Shown piece by piece: positions 38,701 through 51,009 of a stretch of DNA of 64,000 nucleotides (its first letter is position 1; each line of letters starts with the position of its first letter). Source of the DNA: Lama glama (lineage: Eukaryota); the NCBI GenBank assembly GCA_028534125.1, contig CM052818.1, forward strand, positions 43,774,001 to 43,838,000, given 5' to 3'. A program made the position numbers and the translations under genes. The notes under the pieces were generated by a model. It was given only the letters and a program-made list of their open reading frames with translations, was not told the origin of the DNA and searched no databases.

Positions 38701-38844
38701 GGAATCTCAGACCTGGGATGGGTTCAAGTGAAAGAAGACAGGCTTGGGGTCTGAGGAAGGTAGCCTTCCTCCCGTCTCAACTCCATTTCGGCCCTAAGGC
38801 TAGTCCCTTGCTTCTCCTGGGCCTCGGTCTTTCCATCTTTAAAA

Positions 38845-39700
38845 TTCATCTATTTGCAAACCACAGAGAACCTCCTATGGAGCAGGAACAGTTCCAGGGG
38901 CTGAAGACTAGGTTATTTTTAAAAAGTCCTTACTCCCATGAAACCTTTATTCTAGTGGTAAGAGACAAGTGCTAAACAGGTGGAAACGGGATATGACAAG
39001 GGATGGCACACAGGGAAAAATAATAAAGCAGAGTGGAAAAAAGTGTACTGGTAAGGGGAAGGTTCGCTGTTTTGCACAGCCTGGACAGGGAAGGTGACTG
39101 GCACTGATGGGAGGAATGTGATGGAGACAGCGAGGGAGATCCCCCAGGGATGAGCTGGGAGGTACCCAGGGGGCGTATCCCAGGAGTGCAGGCTCCCGAG
39201 GCAGGAGCATGGCTGTGTGTTCCTTCAAGGAACAGAAGGCAGATCAGCAGGGCTGGGAGGAACCCCCCAACAGAGGCATCGCTGTGAGTCATGGTCCATC
39301 AGAACCTGGTGTTTCCTTCAGGGCGAGGTGGGAAGAAAGTCACGGGCGGCTTTGGACGATGGGGGGAGAACAGACTCCAAGATCGAAGCCGACAGAACAA
39401 CTAGGAGACACAGTCAGATTCCGCGTATTTTGACAGAAGGGTCATTGATTCAATATGGAGTTTGAGGAAAAGAACAGAGTTAAATTTAACCGCAAGGTTT
39501 TGGAGTCTGAGAAATTGGAAAAAAAATGTGAGATTTATTGGAACACTGCAGATTGTGAAAAAAAAGTTATTATACAAACAAGGGGGAGTTCAGTTTTGGA
39601 GGAGTATTTTCAGGATGCCTATGACAAATCCAAACGGACGTGTTGAGCAGATAGTCAGAGATCTGAGTCCGGAGAGCAGGAGAGAGTCTTCGGGGAATCA
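38845..39700 (-). mobile_element. L2a fragment
   Basis: 'ccttactcccatgaaacctttattctagtgg', 'gtgttccttcaaggaacagaaggc', 'gacaaatccaaacggacgtgttgagcagatag'. Confidence 0.65.
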
Positions 39701-39871
39701 TGTCACCTTTCAGAAGCAGGATGTCTCATCTGAACCGTGGAACACACACACACACACGCAAATGATTTGAGTGGCTCTTTTCTCAGTTCTCCCAAGGGGT
39801 GTTCACGAATATGGTACCTAATGCTATTTACAAAGGAAATTAGTTCTTTACATGCAATGCATGCTTTATAG

Positions 39872-40030
39872 CCATGGTCTTCAAAGTGTGACCTGAAAAC
39901 TTAATAAAAATGCAGCTTGATGGGACGCCACCCCAGGCTTGGTGAATCAGAAACTGGAGACAGTGGGGAGGAGCATATAATCGAGCCCCCAGTGATCTGA
40001 ACCCCTGGCTTAATGGCTTAGGAAACTGGC
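39872..40030. mobile_element. MER5A-like MITE
   Basis: 'ggtcttcaaagtgtg...aaaatgcag...ccaccccaggcttggtgaatcagaaact'. Confidence 0.65.
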
Positions 40031-40389
40031 GTATCATTTCTTTGGGACCCTCGATGAGGAGTGCATGAAACTATGTGATGAGGGGACTGGACTGACTGAT
40101 ACTCTGGAGGAGTAAAGTCTTTCTTCTCCTCTACCTTCTAACAGGGCAAGAGACTCAGATAAGCCATTGGTTTTCACGTACTTGTGTATTTCTAATCAGC
40201 TCACGTTTCCAAATCTGCGTTCTGCCTCGCCCAGCTCAGCGGTGAGGAAGGGCTCACTGTGTCTGACTTTAGCACGAGAGGAGGTGGCTGGAGACACAAT
40301 CATAAAGATGATAGAAATAAATTCTCTCTTTTCCTTTTGTTTCTGAATAATAGTCTCTTTGTATAAATAATCGCATTTGAGCTGTCTTT

Positions 40390-40960
40390 TTTTTTTTCCT
40401 CACTGATGTAGGATTTTATTTTGGTTTTCTGTTTTTGTGTTTACTCTGATGTGTCAAGGTGTAGGTTTCTTTTTATTTTAGATAAGATGCACTTGGCTTC
40501 TGTCTGTGGGTTCATGTTCCCCGTTGGTCCTGAAAAATGACCAGTCAATTTCTCTTCAAATAGTGTCCCTTCTCCATTCTGTCTCTTTTTCTAGAATTCT
40601 GGTCAAGTATATATTAAGCCCTCTTAACTCTGCATGTCTTTTATCGCCTCTGTATTCTGCACATTTCATCCTTACGCATTTCATTCGGTAAAACTTCTGT
40701 TCTTTCAGTTCAGAATTTTTCTTGCTATGTCAGATCTGCATTTGATTTTTAAGTTCTGCTTGTTGTGTCCTTCATTTCAAGGTATTCTAATTGGCACTTT
40801 TACAAAGCTGCGGTGCTACTTTTTGTAGTTTTCCCTTTCCGGTAGGTATTTCAAAGTGTATCTCTTACCTTTTTTCAAGATGATGTCGTGATAGTTGCTA
40901 CTGTTGTCTGGTGAGTCCGGTATTTGATGTCTCTGCAGCTGTTTTTCTATTATGTACCAG
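40390..40960 (-). mobile_element. Old L1M ORF1-region fragment
   Basis: T-rich; 'ctgatgtgtcaaggtgtaggtttcttttta', 'tttctcttcaaatagtgtcccttctccattctgtctc'. Confidence 0.55.
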
Positions 40961-43900
40961 ATAAAACACATTCGTGCAGTTTTGCCTTCCAAACAAGCAT
41001 CTCTAATCAACCTCTAATTATCAGCAACAAGAGCTACAGGAAAAAAAAAGTTGGCTTCAACCAAATCTTCTCCCTACCTCTGATCCAGGGGATTCATCTA
41101 GCAAAGTAGCTCCTTTGAAGTTAACCCAAAATTACACAGGCTGAATGTCAGGAAAGACGAAACTTGGAATGAATGAATGCACGTTCGCAAGAATGAGAGA
41201 GACAAAAAGCTGTCTTCAAATGAACCAGGGTGATGACTCTAAATCAAAAACTCTCTTAATGGCAAGGAAGAATGCTCTTCAACGTAGGTTAACTTTCACC
41301 AAACGTCCAGGAAGAGTTAGTCACTTTAGAAATCAATTTAAATCATTCATCATCTATCTTAAAGTAGGGCATGTCTCCAGGTTATGAATAACAGGGCGAA
41401 GGCTCCACTCATTTAGATGATTTGCCCAGGGTTCTGAAGTGACTAAGTGGCAGATCTGAATTTAGAACCCAAATCTCAAAACAAAATTTCCTGTTTACTA
41501 CTCCAAAGCGAACGTCACCACCCCAGAAGGAGAGGTAGGATAGGGTGAAACCCAGATTGTGAATCACTTCAACCAGAATGGAGAGATTGGAAGAGAAAAG
41601 TGTGTTGCATAAATTAGGCGATCTCCTTGTTTGGGAAACTCTTCACTTTGTTTCCAAGGAAAATGTAGTCCTTTGCCTCTGGCCGATCCTGGCAAGCCTT
41701 AGCAAGCTCCTGGGGCCTCCCACCCTTCCCTTGTATCGGGATTGGAAGGACGCCGTAACCCGAACAAGCCTTAGGAATGAGACTCATAAAGCATTTTGAC
41801 ACATTCCTCACTTGGTCCCTCCTAAGGATTAATATTTCAAAGTGAACCGTCTAGCTTTCTGACCCTTTGAGCCACTACATAGTAAATTTCATAAACGTGC
41901 AATTTCAGAATGATAAAATGCTCGAGAAGGTGCTTTCTATTTCATTGAAGAAGCTGCAGACCTGATAAGGTTTAATCACGTGCGTGGATCACGCAGGTGG
42001 TCAGCAGTGTCCTGGGACTCTCTCGTTTGCTTGTTTGTCTGTCTAAACATGTGTTTCTTTGGAGAGGATCATGCATAGTCATTGCAAAAGCAAAACATTC
42101 CCTGCTTCTCTGTATTGAATCCTTTGCTTTATTTGTGAATATTTCAGAAGTTAGCGCCGTCTTCAGCTGAACCTCCAGGTGAATATTAGTTCCCACCTGG
42201 GGCCAGATGATGCCTGTTGTCTATTTAGTTCCAGGGCTTGGAACTGAAAGCAAACTGCATTATTCTCTCGTTTCATGCCTTCCACTGAACTGCTATGAAA
42301 ACTTGACTTCTGTTTCCTTGTTTGTAAAATGCAGCCTGTATAAACGATTTGATTTCCGATATTGCTTACTCTATGATTACATAAGTTTGATTAAATTTTA
42401 AAACATATATGTCACTGTATGTTTTGTACAAGATTTTGTGATAAGCAAAGATAATACAGAAATGAATTATGCTCATTTCTTGCCCTCGAGGGACTTGAAT
42501 TCAAGAGAAGAAGGCAGATCTGAAAACGTCATTTTCACATAGTAAATGCAATGTCCTTGGGTAATAAAAACAGATATAATGTGTCTAATTTTCCCCTTTG
42601 ACTATTCCCATCTATGATAAAAGTTTCAGACTAAACCCTTAGAAAACACATTGGAAGCCAAAGCATCCTGTTTCAGCATGGACCAGTCATAAAATGAAGT
42701 CTCCCTGTAAACTCGCTTCTCTCAATGGGCTAAGGCTTGCCAGCTGGGTACAGGGCGTGCATTTCAAATCGTAACAGGATGTTGCAAGTGCTTTGTACCC
42801 AGTGCCTTTAAGATCCCAGCAGAGTGATGGCTCCTCCTTGAGAAGCTTCTGTCAACCACCTGGCCGGTCAATGGCCAACTCCTCCACCAGCACCTCACAG
42901 TTAAGGCAGACTAACTGCTTACGGAAACTGCCTGTCTGCAAAGGGTGAGCTCACGCCCGCATGACTGAGATGATTTCCAGGCAGCCCCCAACCCCACAAA
43001 CAACAGCACTTCTCTGGAAGGACTTGCACCTGTCCTTACCCCGTGGCTGGATCTAGGGCTGGGGACCCGTGCTAGTCTTGTGTGTTTATAATTCAACTCC
43101 GAGTGAGAGCTAGAGTGAACCCATGATGTCCCTGACCCATGCTCTCTCATTTACTATGGGAAACTGAGGCCCTGGGAAGAGCTGGAACTTCTAAAGTCAC
43201 TCCACAAGGCAGGACAGAGCCAAAACTAGAACTCCTGTTGTCTGGCCCGAATTTGAGTTATTTCCAAAACTCCACACTGATGCAGCTTCTAGAATGACCT
43301 CTGTCCTTGGATTTCCCGGGAATTTACAATTTTTTTTTTAAAGAAAGCCATTATTAGCTGAAGCTTTTCTCAATCCTTCCTTTTCCTGCTTCTCAACTTT
43401 TGCCTTAAACTCCAAGGTAGCTCTGCACAGCTCTGTCACTAATCCTGACTTCTGTTCATTATGGATTTTTACATTGATTTTTATATTTTAAAATATGGCA
43501 CTCCAATATTTTTGTCATGACCATTAAGGGGGTTTTGGTGCCTGCTTAACTGCTGGATCCAAGATGAGTGCCTTGTGGCCTCATCCTAGACCCAGCCCAG
43601 TTTCTAGTTTCCAAGCACCTTCTTGGAGAGGAATAGGGGACAGCTGGCAAAGTGCCTAACTGGAGCAGAGGGTCCAGGAGAGACTGCACATGGGAAGAGC
43701 TGAAAGAGGAGCTTCTGAAGAAGAAATAGGAGGTGCTCATGGGGCTGGTCTCCTCCAGGGCCACAGATACAAAGAAGGAGTCCATGAGGATGAGCTGTTC
43801 TGGTTGTAAGGCCACCTGTTGGAAAATCTCTAAAAGCCACTTCCAAACCAGAACCATGGTGCCATGGATGACAGACAGCCCCAAAAGTCTGCATCCAGAT

Positions 43901-44357
43901 TCAAAAGTAGGGAGCTTACATCTGCAAGAAAGTGAGGATGGTCCTCGCTGGCTATACCCTCTAGATATTGGCTCTAAAACATGCCAGGTAGCTTTGAAAA
44001 TCACCGGCCTCTATGATGAAGTTAAACAACATGTCTAGAAGAAGACGTGCTGGGGACCAGCCAGTCAGAGAAAGGCATTTGCCCTTGGGCAGTTGGGCGG
44101 GTACGCAGGTGGGCAGGTGGGCTGCCACACTGGCGATAGGTTGACCTCACCTTGTCTGACTTGGGATTGTAGCCCCCACAAACCTGCTCCTGCCTTCATC
44201 CCGTCCCAGCCAGGATGGGGTCCTTTAGTGATCTGGCTATGTATATTATTTTTGCCAGTGAAAGTGAACTTCTTGAGAGCTTTCTCAACTCACTATTACC
44301 AGCCTGGAGCAGATGGTCAATCGGCAGGACTGAATAAAGGGAAGAAATGAATTTAAC

Positions 44358-44639
44358 CAGATCAGCATACTTTTTCTGTAAAGGATCAGAAAGTAAATAT
44401 TTTGTTTCTGAGGGCCATAGGATAGCTCTCACAACTACTCAGTTTTGTCCCTGCAGCCGCTGTGGACAATACATGCACGTGAGTGGGTGGGGCCGTGTTC
44501 CAGTAGATGATTTATGGTCACTGAAATTTGAATTTCATGAAATGGTCACGTTTCATAAAATGTAATTTTTTAGATTCTTTTTCAATCATTTAAAAATATG
44601 AAAACCTTCTTAGCTCCTGGGCCACTTTGCCAATCCCTG
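44358..44639 (+). mobile_element. MER58B-like hAT MITE
   Basis: 'tttttctgtaaaggatcagaaagtaaatatttt', 'cactgaaatttgaatttcat', end 'tttgccaatccctg'. Confidence 0.8.
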
Positions 44640-45287
44640 TGTTAAACCAGCAATCCTTGGACACTCTGCTCCCATCAAAAGCTGTTCTTATATTTCAGGC
44701 TGAACTCAAGCCAAATGCTACCTTTCCCAGAAATACTGGTAGTTTAATAAAATAAAAATCCCTAGAAAACATAAATAATTCTGAAGTAAATGGTGTTTAT
44801 CTGCTAAAGGTGTTATAAACAGGATACAAAGAGTAGGAAGAGAGACAGTCATTATGGCAGATTTTGGAGTGTCTAGATTATTTTGTCCTGACGTTTGTTT
44901 TTTAGGGGAGATAAATTGAGGGGTTTTTGTTTGTTTGTTTTCATTATTGCTACTGTTGTGTTTGAGTTTTTTGTTTGTTTTTTGTTTTCTTTTGCAAGGA
45001 GGACTTGTGAGAGCTAAGGAATTTCATTAATTCACTGTGTTTCTCTCTCAACTAATATAATCATTTAGTACATGAGGCATTGTAGTTTATTAAGTAATTA
45101 TTTTTCATTTTTAGAATGCGTTCAGCAGTTCTGTGGAGCAGACAGAACCAATGCTATTAGCAGTAGAGCTAAGTTATGGATGAAGATTGGAAAGGCTTGA
45201 GTACTAACACTCAGAGAGAGCACATAATTGAGTCAGTATTTGACCCCCAGTCCTGTGGTCCAGTTTGCTGCCATTGCCTCTACCAAA

Positions 45288-45303
45288 CTGCCCCCTGCTG
45301 TGG
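45288..45303 (-). promoter_or_regulatory. Candidate CTCF binding motif
   Basis: Minus strand CCACAGCAGGGGGCAG; 13/14 match to CCASYAGRKGGCRS. Confidence 0.4.
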
Positions 45304-46527
45304 CAACACCCTGGAATAGGTACCACGGAAGATCCAGAAGTGAGGAGGCTAGGATGCCGGAGAGAGAGACACCAGCAGTTACAGAGCAGAGTGAGAGGTG
45401 TGCTGTCCAGCAACCCTGCCCGCCCTGGGGTCTCTAAGGGCATTGGCCTCCGTGATTATGGGATGGGGAGCTACCCTGGAAGGAAAGCTGGTGGCCTTTA
45501 GTCCACAGGAGATCTATGGACTCCTAAAGAGTCCATAGGAGTGTTATTTTCTGCAGCGAGGTGTTCATCATCAAAACACCAAAAGACAATGAACACCTCA
45601 CTGCGGGAAATAACAGACACAGAGCACGCAGAGATCCTAGAACTCACCGTCCCTCCTTATTCCAGCAGACCGAAGGGGCCAACAAGGAACTGGGCCAGGC
45701 TAACTCGCCATGAGCGGGCCCCACACAGCTCCGACACAGCCAAGGGGAAGCCTCCTCCCAGAGTAGCCAGACGCGGGGCAGCCCGGCCTTCAGGCGTGCG
45801 GGCCTGTGCGGAGCGAGCGACGCTCAGTGCAGCGCTGCCGCTGTCACAGCTGCCAAGTGTTCCTTTCCCGAGGTCTCTAAACCCTGCAAATGAGAAGGCT
45901 GAAGGCATAACTGCCTTGACTCACACCGGCCGAGAGGAGGTTCTTCCCTTACTCCTTCCATCTGACCCAGCAGCCCCCGATCGGTGTAAACTAACATCGA
46001 GTCACATTAAATATTTACTGTGCCAGCTCAGCTGCCTTTCTGAAAAGCAAGCAGGGGAACCCAAGGTTGGAATCCTTGTCCTGCCACTCGGAGGCTATGC
46101 TATTTCTCCGGCTTCAAAGCCCTGTTCTCTCGGGATCCAGAGTCTGAATTTAACGGGGGGAAAGAAATCTGTCATCGGAAATTGCGTTGATTGGAGGATT
46201 CACCGAAGTAAGCAAGGACATTGGCTGTCTGAACTCGGCCAGAAATTCCACCATGCATTTGAACACCTCACGTCAAATGAGCAGCATCGCAAGTTTGACG
46301 GGTAAGAGACGTACTAATAATCGTGAAAGGTATGTTTTTGAGCCACACTGTGCGTCAGACTCAAAGCGTGGCGCCTTGTGTACCTCAGTGCTCGCCCTCA
46401 CAGAGGGTCTGTAACGTGGCCAACTTTGCAAAAGCCCGTCTTCAGGGGCGCCGGGGACAGGTGGCCTGTTTGGATCTTGGCTGCATGATCTTGGAGAAGC
46501 AGGACTAGTAATAATAATCGTTTTACT

Positions 46528-46997
46528 TGCTATGGCAGGTTGAATGTCACTTACCCCCCCCCACCGCAAAAAACAAGATGTGTCCACCTCAAGTCCTTGG
46601 AACCTGTGAGTGTGACCTTATTTGGAAAAAGTGTCTTTGCCAATGTAATTAGGTTAAGGATCTTGAGATGAAATCATCTTGGAATGTCTGGCTGGGCTTT
46701 AAAGCCAGTGACAAGTGTCCTTATAAGAAAAAGGCAGAGAGAGATCTGAGACAGACAAGAGAACACAGAGGAGGAGGCGGCGGGACCACAGAGGCAGAGA
46801 TGGGGGTAAGGCAGACCTAGAGCCACCAAGAGCTGCATGAGGCAAAGCCGGATTGTCCCCTGGAGATTCTGGAAGGAGTGCAGTCCTGCTGACACCTTGG
46901 TTCCAGACTTCTCCAGAACTCTGAGAGAACGGATGTCCAGCGTCTTAAGCCACCCAGCGTGTTCTGCTTTGTTACAATTGCCGCAGAAGGATAATGT
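46528..46997 (+). mobile_element. MLT1C-type MaLR solo LTR
   Basis: 'ggaacctgtgagtgtgaccttatttggaaaaagtgtctttgc', 'gttaaggatcttgagatga', 'ctgctgacaccttggttccagacttc'. Confidence 0.85.
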
Positions 46998-47826
46998 GGT
47001 CACAAAGTCACTGTGAATATGAAGTGCGTGAATAGTGAATACCTGGATGCACTTAGGGCAGAAACCGACCCATGGAAAGTGCTGAATCAAATTTAGCTAT
47101 TATTACAATCACCCCCATTTTAATGAGAGAAAATAGATATTCAAGCTGAGCGCTTTCACAGGTGGGAAGTGGGGAAAGACATATTTAAAACTGTTATATT
47201 ATACATGACTGTAAACCCAGGCTGGAAGGACTGTCCAAGTGATGTGCCTCGCCCAACTTGCACATGAAAGCGGCCGGCCCGCCGAGCACCACCGGGAGGC
47301 TCCTGAGTCCCCAACAGCCAGGGTGCAGGGACCTTTAGACCCTTTAGCGATGATCACCAAAGGGTTGTAACTCAGTACTGGGGAAAAGTACTGAGTCGGA
47401 GTGAAGAAAATATCTTAGTCAAGCCCTGCTGATAAAGACGTCTCAGCTGGGAAGTGTCTCAGCGAGGCGCCCTCCCGGTTAGGTGAGCTCCGGGGGAGGC
47501 CCCGGGGCGGGGCCCACCGCTGTGGGTTTGAGCGTGGGGCCCTCAGGGCTTGAATCCTTGACTGCAACTCCCCCCAGAGACGGCCAGGCACGCCGTGCAC
47601 CACATCTGTGCGGGGCTCCCACGTCCCCCGTGGGACCTGCCGGTAAAAAAACCTTTGTAAATTAGCCTACATCCTGGCCTGGAAGACCACACTTCTGATG
47701 TCAGCCTGGAGCTGGACTTTCTCACGATGCTTAGGGGGAAATGAAAGGGTCTCTCACAGGGTTACAGTCCAGGTGTCCCTGTGACCGCTGAGCGGTCTCA
47801 GAGCTCACTGAGGGAGAATCAGCTTC

Positions 47827-48020
47827 TGTTAGGGACTGAATGTGTCCCTCCCAAATTCAGGTTGACATCCTAACCCCCAATGCCTTACAAAATGAGGGTG
47901 TTTGGAGAAAGAGCTTTTAGGGGCTAATGAAGTTTAAATGAGGCCATAAAGGTGAGGCCCAACCCTCCCCCCCCCCCCGTTGGTAGGTGCCCTTTTAAGA
48001 AGAGGGAGGCACATCAAACA

Positions 48021-48065
<45 letters not shown>

Positions 48066-48259
48066 AAAAGGCCACGTGAGGACCCAGCGGGAAGACAGCC
48101 ATCTATCTACAAGGCACGGAGAGAGGCTTCAGGACAAACCAAACTTGCTGACACCCTGACCCTGCACTTCCAGCTTCCAGAACTGTGCAAAGATAAATTT
48201 CTGTTGTTTAACCCAGCAAGTCTTCAGCTGGGTTGTGGCAGCCCCAGCAGGTGAGTACC
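47827..48259 (+). mobile_element. MLT1B-type MaLR solo LTR
   Basis: 'ggactgaatgtgtccctcccaaattc', 'ggccacgtgaggac', 'cttccagcttccagaactgtg...ataaatttctgttgtttaa'. Confidence 0.85.
48023..48062. repeat. (CA)20 microsatellite
   Basis: Direct. Confidence 0.95.
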
Positions 48260-50130
48260 ATTTCCAAGCCTCCTGGTGGGGTCGGGGGGTGTCCTCAAAC
48301 CCCAGCTGGCTGTGGTGAGCGGAGACATCAGTTCTTTGTCAGGTGAGCCTTTCCATAGGGGAGCTCACAGCGCGGCACCCGGCTTCCCTCCGAGGGTCCC
48401 TGCACACGTGCGAGAGAGAGAGATGGAGAGAAAAACAGAGGGAGGGACGTGAAAGCCACAGTCTTTCTATAACCTAACATCAGAGGTGGGATCCTCTCCC
48501 TTTGCTGGATTCAGTGCATTAGAAGTGAGCACGGCGTTCAGCCCTCACTCGGGAGGAGGAGACTAAACAAGCCTGGGGACCAGGAGGCTGGAATCAGCAG
48601 GAGCTGCCCCCACACCGTCCACTCCTCACCGAGAGAACAAAGGAAACGCTTTGAAGATGAAAATCCTGTAACTCGCAAGTTGGAAACTGAATCATGGCTT
48701 TCCACGGTCCTCCAGTGAAATTCCACCCTCTCGCTGTGGCTTCAGGGTCCTTGATGACTGGACTCTAGCTTCCCTCTTTCTCTTACTAACCACAGTCCAT
48801 TGATTTGTCTTCCTCAAACACATGGAGTTCTTTCAGAGCTCAGAGAGCTTGCCTCTGCTTCCCCTTCTGTTTGGGGGGAGGTCGTCCCCAGATGTTCCCA
48901 GAGGTTCTATTCTGCTGATCAGTCTGCCCTCAGTATCACCTCCTGGGAATGAATGACCTTCCCTCAATGTCCCAAGGTTATTGGCCAACCCCCGTGCCAT
49001 GGCATGCTACCTAATCTTACTTTCTTCATCACACTTACCTGTTTAGCTGTGTATCTACAGGCACTCGCACTGCAATAGACACTGGTCAGAGTCAGCGTGG
49101 TAACCTGGTAAGTTACCAAAACAGTAGCAAACCCAGGCGGGTCTTCCTTCAAACATCCTTCAACACTGTATGGAGAAATTGGGGTGATTGAGAAAAGTCC
49201 AAATGGCAGGCAGAGGGGCCAGGATATTGTCTGAGAATATGGACAATAGTAGGTTCCAAAGAAAGATCTAAAGGGATCTGGAAGCAGGTCGGGGAGGCAT
49301 CCGTGGGGCGGAGCCTGGAGAGGGCCGGAAGGCAGTGTGGGACAGTGACCCCGGGAAGGACCAGGCCTGTGCATTTTTTCATAAAAATCGTTTTATGGGA
49401 ATATTCCTGCATGTCTGCGCCTGAGTAAACCTGGCAAGAATCCAAATAAATCTTCACTTTCCATTATGAGTATCACAGGCTTCACGCAGTTCTGCTTCTA
49501 ACCCACTCTGACTCTTTCAAAAGAGAATGTCTGCATAGACGTCGTCATAAAAATAGAAGGGGCTTCTGCCGCAGAAGTCACCATGGTCCCTTTACTTTAA
49601 AATGCTTCCATGTCCCTGTGGTCCCCGTGGGTCTGATACATACTGTTTGCACGTTTTGAATTTCCAGCAACATGGACCGCGTCTCTTCACTATAGAGTGA
49701 GCCATCAATCGTGTTCTTCCTCAAACACATCAAAGAAACAGGAAAAAAAAAAATCTGAGTCCGTTTTCCAGCACCCTGGCCCTGCCTCTCACTTCTCTTT
49801 GTTTTCTATTTTTCCAAAGGGAAAGGGGAGAGGGAACAGAGAGAGACAAAGGCGGAGTGATTTTTGATTCTCTCTCTCTGGAGTGGCCACTGGCACTGGA
49901 GACAAGAAATTTGTCCAGGCGTGGCACTTAAAACAGGAAGTTTAAGCTACATAGCTGTGGTTTCCTAGGCTAGAATTGGCCAACCTTCCCTTCCTTTTTG
50001 GTGGCTCAGATCATATATTCTGAGAGCTAGAAAGAAACCCACTTCAGTCTCAGTTTCCTGATCTGAATAAGGAAGTGGTTGAAATAGATAAGCTTTAAAA
50101 AACCAGGACCTTAAAAGCCTGTGATTCTAA

Positions 50131-50152
50131 ACACACACACACACACACACAC
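50131..50152. repeat. (AC)11 microsatellite
   Basis: Direct. Confidence 0.9.
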
Positions 50153-50696
50153 CCAAATCAGGTAAGATTCTGATCTGGGACCTCTGTGCGTTGTACACAC
50201 TCAATACCCATTTGTTGGGTTGATGTTGTTTGATCTTATCTAATCCAACCTCATCTGCTTTCCATTTTCAAAAGGATGTGGGTTGTGCAGCTTCATATCC
50301 TTGCTAATTAATTCGATTCCTGCTTTTCATGTACAAAATGTTATGCCTGCACAGAGGAGGGAGGTGCAAGTTTAGGAAAGGCAGTTAAAAGGGGAACTCC
50401 ACAGAAGGAGGTGGTATCTGGGTCCTGAGGCATAAGTAGAAGTTTGCCAAAGAAAAGGAGACGAGGAGAGGCATCTAAGGATAAAAGAACAATGCGTGCA
50501 AAAACTCAGAGATACAAGAGTACCTGGTGCACTAGAGAACCCTGGAATGTACGAAAATTGAAGAGATAAACCAGGAAATTAGACCGTAAAGAAAGGGGGC
50601 GTGTGCTGGTTTTTGCCTGTCCACTCTCTGTTCCCACGTACGGTAGCATCACTTCGATTGTTCTTTGGGAGCGCCTTTTATCCTTCTCAGTGCCCG

Positions 50697-51009
50697 TGGT
50701 GTTAGTCCCAGAGCCCCCGGGCCCAAGAACCAGGTGCTCCAATGTCCGAGGGATGGAAGAGATGGATGTCTGAGCCCAAGGAGAGAGAGGGGGAACTTGT
50801 CCTTCCTTCACCTCTTTGTTTTAGCAGGCCCCGAGCAGATGGGATGTTGCCACCGACATTGGTGAGGGTGGCTCTCTCTCCTCAGTCTACTGAATCAGCA
50901 GCTAATCTCTTCCAGAGACACCTTCACAGACATACCCAGAGGTAATGTTTTCGCAGCTACCTGGGCATCTCAGGTCAGTCAAGTTGACACGTTAAAATTA
51001 ACCATCACG
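50697..51009 (-). mobile_element. Partial MLT2 ERVL LTR
   Basis: 'aagaaccaggtgctccaatgtccgagg', 'gctaatctcttccagagacaccttcacagacatacccag', end 'caagttgacacgttaaaattaaccatcac'. Confidence 0.85.

Larger units (their letters stand above)
47715..48615 (-). mobile_element. MLT1F-type MaLR LTR split by an MLT1B insertion
   Basis: 'ggagaatcagcttc'/'tttccaagc' junction; 'gcctttccatagggg', 'gccacagtctttctataacctaacatcagaggtg', 'ttagaagtgag'. Confidence 0.6.

Noticed and set aside
45541..46305. 254-aa ORF
   Set aside because: GTG start, no recognisable domain; GC-rich composition explains the lack of stops.
47370..47396. Perfect 10-bp hairpin ACTCAGTACT-7nt-AGTACTGAGT
   Set aside because: Roughly one such stem is expected by chance in 64 kb, and there is no supporting context.
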